Notes: generated by a model from the letters alone, not told the origin. A stretch of 32,000 nucleotides of DNA from Candidatus Brocadia sp. (GCA_021650915.1 CP091279.1:1320001-1352000), one strand, 5' to 3'; shown: positions 6,327 through 16,378, counted from the first letter of the stretch. Made by a program: numbers and translations.

Positions 6327-8984
6327 TCAGTCTGTTTTTTCTCCGGATAATGCCAGGGACAATCTCCCCGGCCTGCTATCATCGATGCCAAGGTTATTAT
6401 GCCACAGCGTCTTCTCTATCATTTCAGCCGATAAAGGATGACAAAACAAATTCCCCTGAAGCTCGTCACATTCAAGCTGTTGCAGCGCCACAAGCTGATC
6501 CCTGTTTTCTACCCCTTCTGCAACAACGCCGAAATGCAGGCCCTGAGCCAGCGCAACGATTGAAGAGACAATGATTTTGTCTTTTTGATTGCCCACAATA
6601 TCCTTGATGAAGTGAGGGCTGATTTTAAGTTTGTTCACAGGAAACTTTTTGAGATAGCTTAACGAAGAAAAGCCGGTGCCAAAATCATCAATAGCAATCT
6701 GAATGTTTAAATCGCCCATTTCCCTTACCTTATGAATAGTCGTTTCTATATCCTGCATAGCAATACCTTCGGTAATTTCCAACCCCAGAAACCGCGGATC
6801 CAGCTTTGTTTCTTTTAGTATTGCAATAATAATACCCGTGATGTTCCGCTGTTGAAAGGTATGGGCGGAAAGATTTACGGCAATATATCCAGGCTGAAAT
6901 CCTGCGTCCTGCCAGGTCTTGTTCTGAATGCATACCGACCGCAATACCCATTCATCTATGGAGACAATCAGCCTGGTATCTTCCGCGAGGGGAAGAAATT
7001 CCTCTGGTAAAATCAACCCTCGCTGAGGATGCTGCCAACGTATCAATGCCTCCATGCCAACAATCTGGCCCGTGATACTATTCACAAAGGGCTGGTAATG
7101 AACGGTAAATTCATTACGCTCCAGGGCGCGGCGGATATCCCTCTCCATGATCATCTTTCGCAGGGATTCAGCATGCATGGTTGCGGTATAGAACTGATAG
7201 TTGTTTTTCCCTTGTTCCTTGGCATAATACATGGCAGAATCAGCATTTTTCAGCAGAGTCTCTGCATCTCTGCCGTCGTTGGGATAGAGGACTATCCCGA
7301 GACTGGCGGTAACATAGAGCTCATACCCATCAATTGTCCACGGTTTTTTGAGGATCTCAATGATTTTATGCGCAACCCTGATTACATCTTCCTCACGGGT
7401 AATTCCGGGCAAAAGCAGAGAGAATTCATCACCTCCAAGACGCGCAATCGTATCATCCTCACGCACGCAGTTTTTTAATCTGTCCGCAACGCCGCGGAGC
7501 AATTGATCACCCACCGTGTGCCCCAGCGTATCATTAATAATCTTGAATCTGTCCAAATCAAGAAACAGTACGGCAAGCATCTCTTTTGTCCGATGAGCAT
7601 GCGCTAAAGCAAGATTGAGTCGATCGGCGAATAATAACCGGTTCGGCAGGGCGGTAAGTGCATCATGAAACGCCAAATGTCTTATTTTTTCTTCTGTTTG
7701 CCGCCGCTCGGTGACGTCCCTCAAAATACCCATGAGATACGTCTTTCCGGCAAAGGTTATGAGTGAGGTATTGATATCAGCATAAAAAACACTACCGTCC
7801 TTTCGTTTTACCGGCATATCTTCAGCCTGAACAATTTCCCTCCTCACATACTTTTCAAAATGCTCCAGAAGATAAAGTGAATCTCTCCTGGGATAGATAT
7901 CCATGACGGATACATTCCTGATCTCCTCAGACGTATAGCCGAACATTTGACATACCCTTTTATTACCCGCATAGAATTTTTTGGTTTCAATATCTACCAT
8001 GAGTATCCCATCATTCGCATTGTCAAAGATCGTCCTAAATCTAATTTCAGATTTCCTTAACTCTTCCTCGTCCTGCTTATGAACGATGCCCAGGGCAATG
8101 ACATCGGCCACTGCAGCCAATGCCCTGATGGTAAATTCGGGCAGTTTCTTTCGGGCGAACATTGCCAGAACCCCTACCAGACGATCTTCGATAATCAGGG
8201 GATATCCGGCGAAGGCAACCATGCCTTCCTGCCGTGCCCACTCTTTGTTGCTGATGTGCGTGTCATCAAAAACAGCATTAGTCAAGATGGGCTTTTGCTC
8301 TCTGGCGATCAGGCCAATCTTGAATTTCCCAACCGGTATTCGGCCGTGAGGGCCGTCTATATGAATATACATGCCGGCGCTGGCTTGCAACTCGAGCACC
8401 TCTTTTTCTTTATTGAGTACCCAAATGCGCGCAAAAGCGGCGTCGAGATTGCTTACTACCGCATCTGCACAATGATATAAAGTTTCCTGGAGGGTGTTGC
8501 CCCGGGTAAGGGCAATACCAACGTCCTTGAGAAAGGTCGTAATGCGCATCTGTTCCATCAGCAGCATTGCCTGTTTTTGTTCAGTAATGTCCCGCCAGAT
8601 GCTCATGATGACGCCGGTTTCCTCGGTGGCGACTTGCTGCAGAAGTGATGCATTGACGCTAAAATACTTCTGGATCCGGGAATCTTGCTCCATGACGAAC
8701 TCAACGTTACGACAGGAGCCTTTCTGGTGAAGCTCGTTTACCAGATCGGTCCACTTCCCTATTCCGTGAGGATCGAGGTGTTCCAGCCAGTAAAACAAGT
8801 TCGTCTCAATGACATCGCGCTGTTGTTGTCCAATGAGGCAACAAAACGCCTCGTTGGCGATGATGATATTATGCGTGGCATCGGTAATCAGAATACCGTC
8901 CGTCGATGCCCGCAACAGATTCTCAAAAAACTTGATGGTATGCTGCATAACCTCGTTGTCATTTTTTTTCCACAGTTCATTCAT
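6327..8984 (-). CDS. PAS-GAF-PAS-GGDEF-EAL c-di-GMP turnover protein
   Basis: It has an intact GGDEF motif (ARLGGDEFSLLL) with an RxxD I-site 5 residues upstream (REDD). The EAL signatures are also intact (EALIRW, DDFGTGFSSLSYL, AEGVEN). The start is placed at Met18 (MNELWKK, 8984) because the track start at 9035 would overlap the upstream gene, whose stop is at 8999. Confidence 0.85.
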   Translation of the reverse strand: MNELWKKNDNEVMQHTIKFFENLLRASTDGILITDATHNIIIANEAFCCLIGQQQRDVIETNLFYWLEHLDPHGIGKWTDLVNELHQKGSCRNVEFVMEQDSRIQKYFSVNASLLQQVATEETGVIMSIWRDITEQKQAMLLMEQMRITTFLKDVGIALTRGNTLQETLYHCADAVVSNLDAAFARIWVLNKEKEVLELQASAGMYIHIDGPHGRIPVGKFKIGLIAREQKPILTNAVFDDTHISNKEWARQEGMVAFAGYPLIIEDRLVGVLAMFARKKLPEFTIRALAAVADVIALGIVHKQDEEELRKSEIRFRTIFDNANDGILMVDIETKKFYAGNKRVCQMFGYTSEEIRNVSVMDIYPRRDSLYLLEHFEKYVRREIVQAEDMPVKRKDGSVFYADINTSLITFAGKTYLMGILRDVTERRQTEEKIRHLAFHDALTALPNRLLFADRLNLALAHAHRTKEMLAVLFLDLDRFKIINDTLGHTVGDQLLRGVADRLKNCVREDDTIARLGGDEFSLLLPGITREEDVIRVAHKIIEILKKPWTIDGYELYVTASLGIVLYPNDGRDAETLLKNADSAMYYAKEQGKNNYQFYTATMHAESLRKMIMERDIRRALERNEFTVHYQPFVNSITGQIVGMEALIRWQHPQRGLILPEEFLPLAEDTRLIVSIDEWVLRSVCIQNKTWQDAGFQPGYIAVNLSAHTFQQRNITGIIIAILKETKLDPRFLGLEITEGIAMQDIETTIHKVREMGDLNIQIAIDDFGTGFSSLSYLKKFPVNKLKISPHFIKDIVGNQKDKIIVSSIVALAQGLHFGVVAEGVENRDQLVALQQLECDELQGNLFCHPLSAEMIEKTLWHNNLGIDDSRPGRLSLALSGEKTD

Positions 8985-8998
8985 ACAAATTCTGTTTC

Positions 8999-11107
8999 TC
9001 AACCAGGAACACTTTTCGCGATTTTCACAGCACAATATTTAAACTCAGGTTGCTTTGAATGGACATCGTAAACCGGATTACAAACAAGATTGGCAAGCTT
9101 ATCATCTCCCGCCAAGGATGCCTTCCCAAAATGCATACTCATAAATAGATTACCGATCAATAGGCGACTTCGAATACGGGCAATACCACAAACCCTCCCC
9201 CTCCGCGAGGTAACCTCAACCGTGTCCCCTTCTGCAATTCCATGGTTTTTCGCATCAACGGGATGAATTTCTACAAAATTCTCCGGCTCAACATCGTTAA
9301 GATGCTTGATACGACTCGTCCGGGTGCGGGTGTTGAAGTGGCAGGCCAGCCGCCCTGTGATAAGAACGAAGGGATATTCCTCCGTAGTCGTTTCTGCAGG
9401 CTCTTTGTAATCACGGGCAAGAAGCGCTGCACGGCCATCCGGTCGTGGGAACTGCAGATCGGCAAATAATCTCTGCGTACCGGGATGACCCATCTCCGGG
9501 CAGGGCAATTGCGGTCCTATTCTGTCACGAAGCCGATCGTAACTCACGCCGCTCATATCGCACATACGCCCCCTGGTCATTCCCTTCCATTCCTCAAAGA
9601 CATCATCGGGCGAGACAAAGGGAAACTCCTTCCGGAATCCCATAGCCCTGGCTATCAACCAAAGAATCTCACAATCAGATTTTGCCATACCGGGTGGGTC
9701 AATAATTTTCTCTACCAGTTCAATACGTCTTTCCGAGGAGATAAGGGTGCCCGTCTTTTCACACCACTGAGCGCCGGCAAGAACCACGTCTGCCAGCATG
9801 GACGTTTCCGTAGGGTGGAAAATATCCTGCACAATAAGCAGTTCGGCTTTTGAAAGCCCCTCTTCCACCCACTGCGTATGGGGAAGTGAGGCGGCAGGAT
9901 TGGAAGCAACGACCCAGAGCGCACGCACATCACCCGCATGAAGTCCATGGATAATATCAAGAATCGAGCGTCCCGGTGTGGCCTGAATTTTTTCAACCGG
10001 GACATCCCAGTATTCAGCAATCTCCTGCCGGTGCCTGGGATTGCTGACCATTCGCATCCCTGGCAAAAGATGTGAAAGCGCTCCTACCCAACGACAGCCT
10101 AAGGTATTCGCTTCACCCGTAATGGAGAGCGGTCCCGCTCCCGGACGGCAGTAATTATTCGTCAACAATGACAAATTATGCAACGTGTTATTCTTGAAGA
10201 CTGCCTGCGTTGACTGATTATAGCCCTGAAACCAAAAGGTCAGCATCTTTTTTGCCTGCCCTATGATGCAAGCGGCTTCTCGTATAAGGGTTTCCGTACA
10301 GCCCGTGATTCTGGCAACGCGCGCTGGTGGATACTCTTCCAGTACTTCCTTTAGATTGTCAAAACCTATGGTGTAACGCGCCACGGTCGTTTCATCAACA
10401 TAACCTTCCTTCACGAGAATATAGGCCAGGGCATTGTTGAGAGCGACATCCGTACCTGGTTTAATCTGCAGATGAATGTCTGCCATACATGCAGTTTCTG
10501 ACCGTCGCGGATCAACAACGATAATCCTGGTTTTATTTTTTATCCTGGCAGCGCACACGCGGCGGAATAAGACGGGATGTGATACTGCCATATTATTGCC
10601 GGCAATGAAAAAAAGGTCGGCCTCTTCAATGTCGTTATAACAGGCAGGCGGGGCATCAGCGCCAAAGGTAGAAATAAATCCCATCGATGCACTTGCCATG
10701 CATAAGCGGGCAGTGCATTCAACGTTATTCGTGCCAATGGCTGCCTTCATGAGCTTGTTTATCAGGTAATATTCCTCAGTAAAACTCGCTGCGCCGCCGT
10801 AAAAGGCTACAGCGTCTGGTCCATACCTCCTGATAATGCGATTCAAGCCGCTGGCTACATGCATGACAGCCTCATCCCAACCAACGGGCGACAAGGTGCC
10901 ATCCCGGCGAATCATGGGCTGTGTTAACCGTCCCTCAGCGGTAAAAAGTGGCGGATAATTAATGGGTAAAGCGCAAATATCTCCTTTGTTCGCAGGATGA
11001 CTATTCATTCCGTAGACTTGAACGATCTTGCCATATTCGGTTTCAACCATCAAACCGCAGCCCACGCCGCAATAAGGGCACGTTGATTTCTTCCACTGAA
11101 TCGTCAT
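8999..11107 (-). CDS. Molybdopterin oxidoreductase of the assimilatory nitrate reductase (NasA/NarB) type
   Basis: The N-terminal Fe-S motif is STCPYCGVGCGLMV...NKGDIC. The predicted Mo-ligand region is ECTARLCMASASMGF, the Cys-type found in Nas/Nap enzymes. The C-terminus has a molybdopterin-binding barrel (FVEIHPVDA...GDTVEVTSRRG). There is no signal or TAT motif, which suggests a cytoplasmic enzyme. Confidence 0.75.
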   Translation of the reverse strand: MTIQWKKSTCPYCGVGCGLMVETEYGKIVQVYGMNSHPANKGDICALPINYPPLFTAEGRLTQPMIRRDGTLSPVGWDEAVMHVASGLNRIIRRYGPDAVAFYGGAASFTEEYYLINKLMKAAIGTNNVECTARLCMASASMGFISTFGADAPPACYNDIEEADLFFIAGNNMAVSHPVLFRRVCAARIKNKTRIIVVDPRRSETACMADIHLQIKPGTDVALNNALAYILVKEGYVDETTVARYTIGFDNLKEVLEEYPPARVARITGCTETLIREAACIIGQAKKMLTFWFQGYNQSTQAVFKNNTLHNLSLLTNNYCRPGAGPLSITGEANTLGCRWVGALSHLLPGMRMVSNPRHRQEIAEYWDVPVEKIQATPGRSILDIIHGLHAGDVRALWVVASNPAASLPHTQWVEEGLSKAELLIVQDIFHPTETSMLADVVLAGAQWCEKTGTLISSERRIELVEKIIDPPGMAKSDCEILWLIARAMGFRKEFPFVSPDDVFEEWKGMTRGRMCDMSGVSYDRLRDRIGPQLPCPEMGHPGTQRLFADLQFPRPDGRAALLARDYKEPAETTTEEYPFVLITGRLACHFNTRTRTSRIKHLNDVEPENFVEIHPVDAKNHGIAEGDTVEVTSRRGRVCGIARIRSRLLIGNLFMSMHFGKASLAGDDKLANLVCNPVYDVHSKQPEFKYCAVKIAKSVPG

Positions 11108-11159
11108 AAGATTTAATTATGAAGGCATCCTTGCCTCTTTGTAAATACCACTGCACGCG

Positions 11160-12428
11160 CTATTCGCTGATACGCTTTATCGTGGCCCCCAGGACTGATA
11201 ACCGCTCTGCGAGACGCTCGTATCCTCGGTCTAAATGATAGATACGATGGATTTGGGTCGTTCCCTTTGCCACCAGACCTGCAAGCACAAGTCCAGCACC
11301 GGCCCTCAGATCGGAGACCATGACCTCGGTGCCAGATAAAAACGGTATTCCCCTGATAATTGCGCTGGGCCCGTCCACCCGAATATCAGCGCCCATTCTT
11401 CTCAATTCCGCTGCATGAATAAATCGGTCGGGAAATATTTTTTCGGTAATAATGCTCTTGCCTTCTGCGATGCATAACAACGCCATAAACTGGGCCTGCA
11501 TATCGGTAGGCATGCCCGGATAAGGCAAGGTCATCAGATCAACCGCATGATATGCACCGTTCCCTTTAACCCTGAGGGTATTATTGCCGGAAGGAGTTAT
11601 TTCCACGCCAATTTCCCGTAATTTATCGATGATCGCGCTAAGATGTTCCAGCCGTGCATTTTCAAGAACAATGTCACCCCGGGTAATAGCGCCGGCAATC
11701 ATAATGGTACCTGCTTCAATCCGGTCGGGAATAATTTCATAATCGACCCCATGGAGTTTCTGAACCCCTTCAACGGTCAGTTTATTTTCCCCGATTCCGG
11801 TAATTTTTGCGCCAGCCTTGTTTAGGAAATGCGCAAGGTCTTGCACTTCCGGCTCACAGGCTGCATACTCAATAGTAGTTATGCCCTCCGCCAACACCGC
11901 AGCAGTCAGAACATTGCAGGTGCCCAGCACGGTTTTTCCGGCAAAGGAGATATGCGTTCCTTTGAGCTTGTCCACAGAGGCATTTATGTAACCTTCCGTT
12001 GTCTCTATCTGAGCGCCTAATGCGGCAAGGCCTTTTATGTGCAGGTCAATGGGACGCTGACCAATAACACAGCCACCGGGATACGAGACTTTTGCCCTTC
12101 GCCTCTTGCTTAATAATGGCCCCAGGACGCAAATAGACGCCCTCATCTTTCTTACGAGTTCATAGGGCGCGGTAAACTTGTCGTCATTTTCTCCATCCCG
12201 AAAGATTATCTCAATGGTTCCATCCTCAGTCTTTTTTACCCCTCCTCCAAGATTTCTCAGTATCTCCGATTGTGTCTGGATATCGATAATGTCCGGAATT
12301 CCCTTTATCCGGGATGGACCGTCTAACAAGATACACGCGGCCATAATCGGCAAGGCAGCGTTTTTTGCCCCGTTGATTCTCACCCTGCCTTCTAAACGAT
12401 TTTCCCCTTCAATGACAATTTTGTCCAC
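11160..12428 (-). CDS. murA: UDP-N-acetylglucosamine 1-carboxyvinyltransferase
   Basis: The match to MurA is full length: (M)DKIVIEGENRLEGRVRINGAKNAALPIMAA and the active-site region YPGGCVIGQRPIDLH. The start is placed at GTG 12426-12428, preceded by AGAGGGAGA and lying 1 nt after the prmC TGA. The track start at TTG 12455 adds 9 atypical residues. Confidence 0.9.
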   Translation of the reverse strand: MDKIVIEGENRLEGRVRINGAKNAALPIMAACILLDGPSRIKGIPDIIDIQTQSEILRNLGGGVKKTEDGTIEIIFRDGENDDKFTAPYELVRKMRASICVLGPLLSKRRRAKVSYPGGCVIGQRPIDLHIKGLAALGAQIETTEGYINASVDKLKGTHISFAGKTVLGTCNVLTAAVLAEGITTIEYAACEPEVQDLAHFLNKAGAKITGIGENKLTVEGVQKLHGVDYEIIPDRIEAGTIMIAGAITRGDIVLENARLEHLSAIIDKLREIGVEITPSGNNTLRVKGNGAYHAVDLMTLPYPGMPTDMQAQFMALLCIAEGKSIITEKIFPDRFIHAAELRRMGADIRVDGPSAIIRGIPFLSGTEVMVSDLRAGAGLVLAGLVAKGTTQIHRIYHLDRGYERLAERLSVLGATIKRISE

Positions 12429-12429
12429 G

Positions 12430-13440
12430 TCATTTCTCCCTCTGCGCAACAACAATACGGTTTATATTCTGATAATCTTTTATAAAAGCCGTCTTGTTAA
12501 ACCATCCGGTATCTTCTAGGAATTGCAGCACCGTCTGCGCCTGTTTTTCACCGACCTCAAACAGGAGAAACCCTGATGGCCTGAGCCAGGCTTTCACGTG
12601 TGTAATAATACGTTTGAACATGCGCAAACCATCCGGCCCGCTCACGAGAGCGACATACGGTTCGTAATCCCTTACCTCCTTTGGTAAATGCCGGAATTCG
12701 CCACTCGAAACATAGGGAGGATTGGACACAATGAAATGTACCTTTGATTCAAGCCCGTATGCTGTTAATGGCTCAAAGGTATCGCCACAGACAAACGTTA
12801 TCTTGTGCAGAACGCCGTGTCTGCCGGCATTCATCCGGGCAACCGACAGGGCATCGGCAGATATATCTACGGCGAAAATCCTGGCCTTGTCTATTTTTTT
12901 TGCCAGCGTTATTGCAATGGCGCCACTGCCTGCCCCAATATCCACGAGGATGATTTCGTCTTTGCAAGACATGTTTTGTGACTTTTCTATTACGGCTTCA
13001 ACAAGCAATTCCGTTTCCGGGCGTGGAATCAAAACCCGTTCATCCACATAGAAATCGAGGGACATAAATTCTGCGTGACGGGTAATATAGGATACGGGCA
13101 CGTTGTGCCCTCGTCTGCGGATGGCATTTTGGTACGCTGTGGAAACATCAGTTTCTACTGGTTTGTCCGGATGCAGATAAAGGTCGATACGTCTGCAACC
13201 GAGAAGATGTGCTAAAATGACTTCCGCATCCAGTAGTGGAGTGTCGATCTTCCGCGCGTCCAACTCCCTGCTTGCCAGGCGGATAAGGCCGGACACGGTG
13301 AGTTTACCGGAGGATTCATTTTTCAGGCTTGCAATTGTTGGGTCATCATGGGGAATAGAAAAGGCAGCTCGACAATTTCTGTGCTGTTCTGAGTCTCTTT
13401 GAGACGCGTTTGCTCCAAACACTTCGGATGGCATCTTCAT
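12430..13440 (-). CDS. prmC: Release factor glutamine N5-methyltransferase (PrmC/HemK) with an N-terminal extension
   Basis: It has the NPPY motif (IVSNPPYV) and the SAM motif (LVDIGAGSGAIAI). It sits directly downstream of prfA. The exact start is uncertain. Confidence 0.85.
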   Translation of the reverse strand: MKMPSEVFGANASQRDSEQHRNCRAAFSIPHDDPTIASLKNESSGKLTVSGLIRLASRELDARKIDTPLLDAEVILAHLLGCRRIDLYLHPDKPVETDVSTAYQNAIRRRGHNVPVSYITRHAEFMSLDFYVDERVLIPRPETELLVEAVIEKSQNMSCKDEIILVDIGAGSGAIAITLAKKIDKARIFAVDISADALSVARMNAGRHGVLHKITFVCGDTFEPLTAYGLESKVHFIVSNPPYVSSGEFRHLPKEVRDYEPYVALVSGPDGLRMFKRIITHVKAWLRPSGFLLFEVGEKQAQTVLQFLEDTGWFNKTAFIKDYQNINRIVVAQREK

Positions 13441-13481
13441 TAAGCAGGCAAAAGTTTTTAACTACCCCGAGAAACATCTTT

Positions 13482-14573
13482 TTATAAGCTTGCTGCCAGC
13501 TGCTTTAACTGCTCTTCTTTATAGTACGTCAGAAGGGTTTCTACAATTTCGTCAAGAGATCCCAGCATAACCTGTTCAAGGTTATGCACGGAGAAATTGA
13601 TGCGGTGATCAGTTACCCGATTTTGCGGGTAATTATAGGTGCGAATCTTTTCACTGCGGTCTCCCGTTCCGATCTGATCCCGGCGTATCTGGTCACGTTC
13701 ATTTCGTTTCTGCCCTTCATATAATTCATATAAACGGCTTCTTAAAATACGCATGGCCTTTGCGCGGTTCTTGTGCTGCGATTTTTCGTCAAGACATTTC
13801 ACTACCAGTCCGGAAGGAACATGGGTAATCCTGACCGCCGAGCTCGTCTTGTTGACCTTTTGTCCGCCAGGACCAGATGCCCGAAAGGTATCCACGAGAA
13901 TATCATTTGGGTTGATGTCAATCTCCACTTCCTCAATTTCCGGGAGAATGGCTACGGTTGCCGTTGAGGTATGCACCCTTCCGCTGGCTTCTGTCCGCGG
14001 CACTCTTTGAACACGGTGCGTTCCGCTTTCAAAACGCAGCTTTTGATAGACGTTATTTCCTTCGATTGAAAAAGTCACCTCCCGAAACCCTCCCAGGTCC
14101 GTTTCACTGCTGTCAAAAAGCTCTACCTTCCACCCCTGATTTTCTGCGTATTTGGTATACATGCGAAACAGATCAGCCGCAAAGATAGCCGCCTCATCTC
14201 CACCCGTACCAGCCCGTATTTCGGCAATTACATTCTTGCCGGAAATCTTATCCTCAGTAACAAACAATCCCTTGATCTCTTCAAAGAGGGATTCTTCCTG
14301 CTTTTCCAGGTAACCCAATTCATCCCGGGCCATCTTTGCCAACTCTTTGTCCTCTCCTTCCTGAGCCAGGAACCCTTCCGTCTCTTTCTTCCTCACAAGG
14401 GTTTCAGTCAACTGGGTATATTTGTTTACCATCTTGGAGAGACTGCCATGCTCCTTGATATAGGCTGTATAACGACCAGCATCAGCAATTACCTCAGGAT
14501 CGGACAACAGCTTCTCCAATTCATGATGCCTTTCGTATATTTTTTCTAACTTTTTTAACAACTTATCATTCAT
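13482..14573 (-). CDS. prfA: Peptide chain release factor 1
   Basis: It has the GGQ motif ([19 protein letters not shown]) and RF1-type domain 2 ([17 protein letters not shown]). The length matches full-length RF1. Confidence 0.95.
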   Translation of the reverse strand: MNDKLLKKLEKIYERHHELEKLLSDPEVIADAGRYTAYIKEHGSLSKMVNKYTQLTETLVRKKETEGFLAQEGEDKELAKMARDELGYLEKQEESLFEEIKGLFVTEDKISGKNVIAEIRAGTGGDEAAIFAADLFRMYTKYAENQGWKVELFDSSETDLGGFREVTFSIEGNNVYQKLRFESGTHRVQRVPRTEASGRVHTSTATVAILPEIEEVEIDINPNDILVDTFRASGPGGQKVNKTSSAVRITHVPSGLVVKCLDEKSQHKNRAKAMRILRSRLYELYEGQKRNERDQIRRDQIGTGDRSEKIRTYNYPQNRVTDHRINFSVHNLEQVMLGSLDEIVETLLTYYKEEQLKQLAASL

Positions 14574-14575
14574 TT

Positions 14576-14800
14576 TTACTTTATCGCTTCTTCGATCTTT
14601 TGACTCTTTTGTAATCTCTTTTTAAACTTCTCTATCTGTCCTGCACTATCCACAAACCGCAGCTTTCCGGTATAAAACGGATGGCATTTTGAGCAGATTT
14701 CTATAGCAATTTTTGGCTTCGTCGACCGCGTCTTAAATGACTCACCACACCCACAGGTAACAACCGTTTCCATGTACTCCGGATGAATTCCCTCTTTCAT
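14576..14800 (-). CDS. rpmE: 50S ribosomal protein L31 (Zn-ribbon type)
   Basis: MKEGIHPEY... with the Cys pairs CGCG and [11 protein letters not shown]. An SD GAGGAGAGG lies immediately upstream. Confidence 0.95.
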   Translation of the reverse strand: MKEGIHPEYMETVVTCGCGESFKTRSTKPKIAIEICSKCHPFYTGKLRFVDSAGQIEKFKKRLQKSQKIEEAIK

Positions 14801-14812
14801 AACCTCTCCTCT

Positions 14813-14840
14813 AAAAAAACAATGCGTTCAGAGAACGCAT
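14813..14840 (-). promoter_or_regulatory. Terminator-like hairpin plus U7 tract inside the rpmE 5' leader (candidate attenuator)
   Basis: The minus strand reads ATGCGTTC-TCT-GAACGCAT (an 8-bp perfect stem, 14822-14840), then TG and TTTTTTT (14813-14819). This abuts the rpmE SD. The structure is orientation-specific: on the plus strand no T-tract follows it. Confidence 0.4.
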
Positions 14841-14885
14841 ACTATAAAAGAAAACAACGGTTTATCGCTCATCAAGAACGGGGAA

Positions 14886-14914
14886 ATTCTAACAAAACAG
14901 CGGTCATTCTGCAA
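14886..14914 (-). promoter_or_regulatory. Sigma70-like promoter for rpmE-prfA (TTGCAG-17 nt-TAGAAT)
   Basis: On the minus strand the -35 TTGCAG is at 14909-14914, the spacer is 17 nt, and the -10 TAGAAT is at 14886-14891. This lies about 85 nt upstream of the rpmE ATG. Confidence 0.4.
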
Positions 14915-14947
14915 ATGAAATTTTTTGGATACTTTTGTAAAATTCAT

Positions 14948-14975
14948 TTGAATATTATTTTTAATTACCTATAAT
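14948..14975 (+). promoter_or_regulatory. Sigma70-like promoter for ffh (TTGAAT-16 nt-TATAAT)
   Basis: The -35 TTGAAT is at 14948-14953, the spacer is 16 nt, and the -10 TATAAT is at 14970-14975. This lies about 50 nt upstream of the ffh ATG at 15026. Confidence 0.45.
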
Positions 14976-15025
14976 AAAAGTTTTACTTTTTCGATTTAAC
15001 ATTCTGGCTTTGCGTTTAAGAATTT

Positions 15026-16378
15026 ATGTTTGAAGCGATTGCAAATAGTCTGGAAGGTGTTTTCAGCAAACTCCGCGGCAAGGGTCGTCTTACGGAATCA
15101 AACATCAAAGACGGGCTACACGAAGTGCGATTGGCGCTCCTTGAGGCGGATGTGAATTATAAAGTGGTGAAGGATTTCATCCAGCACGTTACCGAACGCG
15201 CCGTTGGCGAGGAGGTAATCAAGAGCATTGCACCCGGCCAGCAGATCATCAAGATTGTCCACGATGAGTTGATCAAACTCATGGGAGAATCTGATACCGC
15301 AATTCCTTTTCAGGATAGCGAACCGACAACGATCATGCTCGTCGGATTACAAGGGAGCGGAAAAACTACCACAGCGGGAAAACTGGCCAAAACGATCCTT
15401 TCAAAGGGGAGAAAGCCATTGCTCGTGGCTGCGGATATACAGCGACCCGCTGCGATTGAGCAACTGAAGATTCTTGGCCAGCAGCTCGATGTACCGGTCT
15501 ACTTTGAATCAGCCGCTCAGCCCGCGAAGATATGCAAAAATGCCGTTGCCCATGCCAGAACAAACGCCCAGGACGTTGTTATCTTTGACACTGCAGGCAG
15601 ATTACACATTGACGATGAACTCATGCTCGAACTGCAGGAGATTAAACAAAATCTGGGACCGCACCAGATCTATTTCGTTTGCGATTCCATGACGGGACAG
15701 GATGCGGTAAACAGCGCAAAGGAGTTTAACACCAAGCTGGGTTTTCATGGGGTGATTTTAACCAAACTCGATGGCGATACAAGAGGAGGAGCGGCGCTCT
15801 CCATACGTGCAGTAACCGGCAGGCCCATTAAATTTGTTGGTATTGGCGAGAAGTTAGACCGACTGGAGGAATTCCATCCTGATCGGATGGCATCGAGAAT
15901 ACTCGGCATGGGAGATGTCGTATCGCTTGTAGAACGGGCACAGCAGGCCATCGACATGGAAGAAGCGCAAAAACTCAGCAGAAAGATACAGAACGATACG
16001 CTCAGTCTGGACGATTTTCTCATGCAACTTCAGCAGATCAAAAAGATGGGGCCGATAAAAGAGATTCTTGGCATGATTCCGGGGTTAGGAAATAAGATGG
16101 ATGGACTCAATGTAGATGAAAAACAGTTGCATCGGGTAGAAGCAATTATCCGGTCTATGACCACCGAGGAGCGGGCAAGCCCGGACATGGTGAATGGGAG
16201 CAGAAGACAACGAGTGGCAAACGGAAGCGGAACAACCATTCAGGATGTCAATCAATTGCTCAAGCAGTTTCGGGCAATGAAAAAAATGATAAAACAATTC
16301 AAAGGAAATGAAAGAGGGCTGAAGAAGATGGGATTATTATCAAAGGGTTTGCCTTTTGGTAAGGGTATGTTACAATAA
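15026..16378 (+). CDS. ffh: Signal recognition particle protein Ffh (SRP54)
   Basis: It has the N and G domains (GLQGSGKTTTAGKLA, DTAGRL, TKLDGDTRGGAALS) and a Met-rich M domain (MGPIKEILGMIPG...). Confidence 0.95.
   Translation: MFEAIANSLEGVFSKLRGKGRLTESNIKDGLHEVRLALLEADVNYKVVKDFIQHVTERAVGEEVIKSIAPGQQIIKIVHDELIKLMGESDTAIPFQDSEPTTIMLVGLQGSGKTTTAGKLAKTILSKGRKPLLVAADIQRPAAIEQLKILGQQLDVPVYFESAAQPAKICKNAVAHARTNAQDVVIFDTAGRLHIDDELMLELQEIKQNLGPHQIYFVCDSMTGQDAVNSAKEFNTKLGFHGVILTKLDGDTRGGAALSIRAVTGRPIKFVGIGEKLDRLEEFHPDRMASRILGMGDVVSLVERAQQAIDMEEAQKLSRKIQNDTLSLDDFLMQLQQIKKMGPIKEILGMIPGLGNKMDGLNVDEKQLHRVEAIIRSMTTEERASPDMVNGSRRQRVANGSGTTIQDVNQLLKQFRAMKKMIKQFKGNERGLKKMGLLSKGLPFGKGMLQ

Noticed and set aside
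8985-9035. Upstream start (9035) for the GGDEF-EAL gene, and similarly TTG 12455 for murA, 31260 for fliQ and 5184 for ptsN.
   Set aside because: The longer versions overlap the preceding gene or add residues absent from the family N-termini. Internal starts have better SD sequences (AGAGGGAGA before the murA GTG, AAGGAGG before the fliQ ATG, AAAGGGG before the ptsN ATG).
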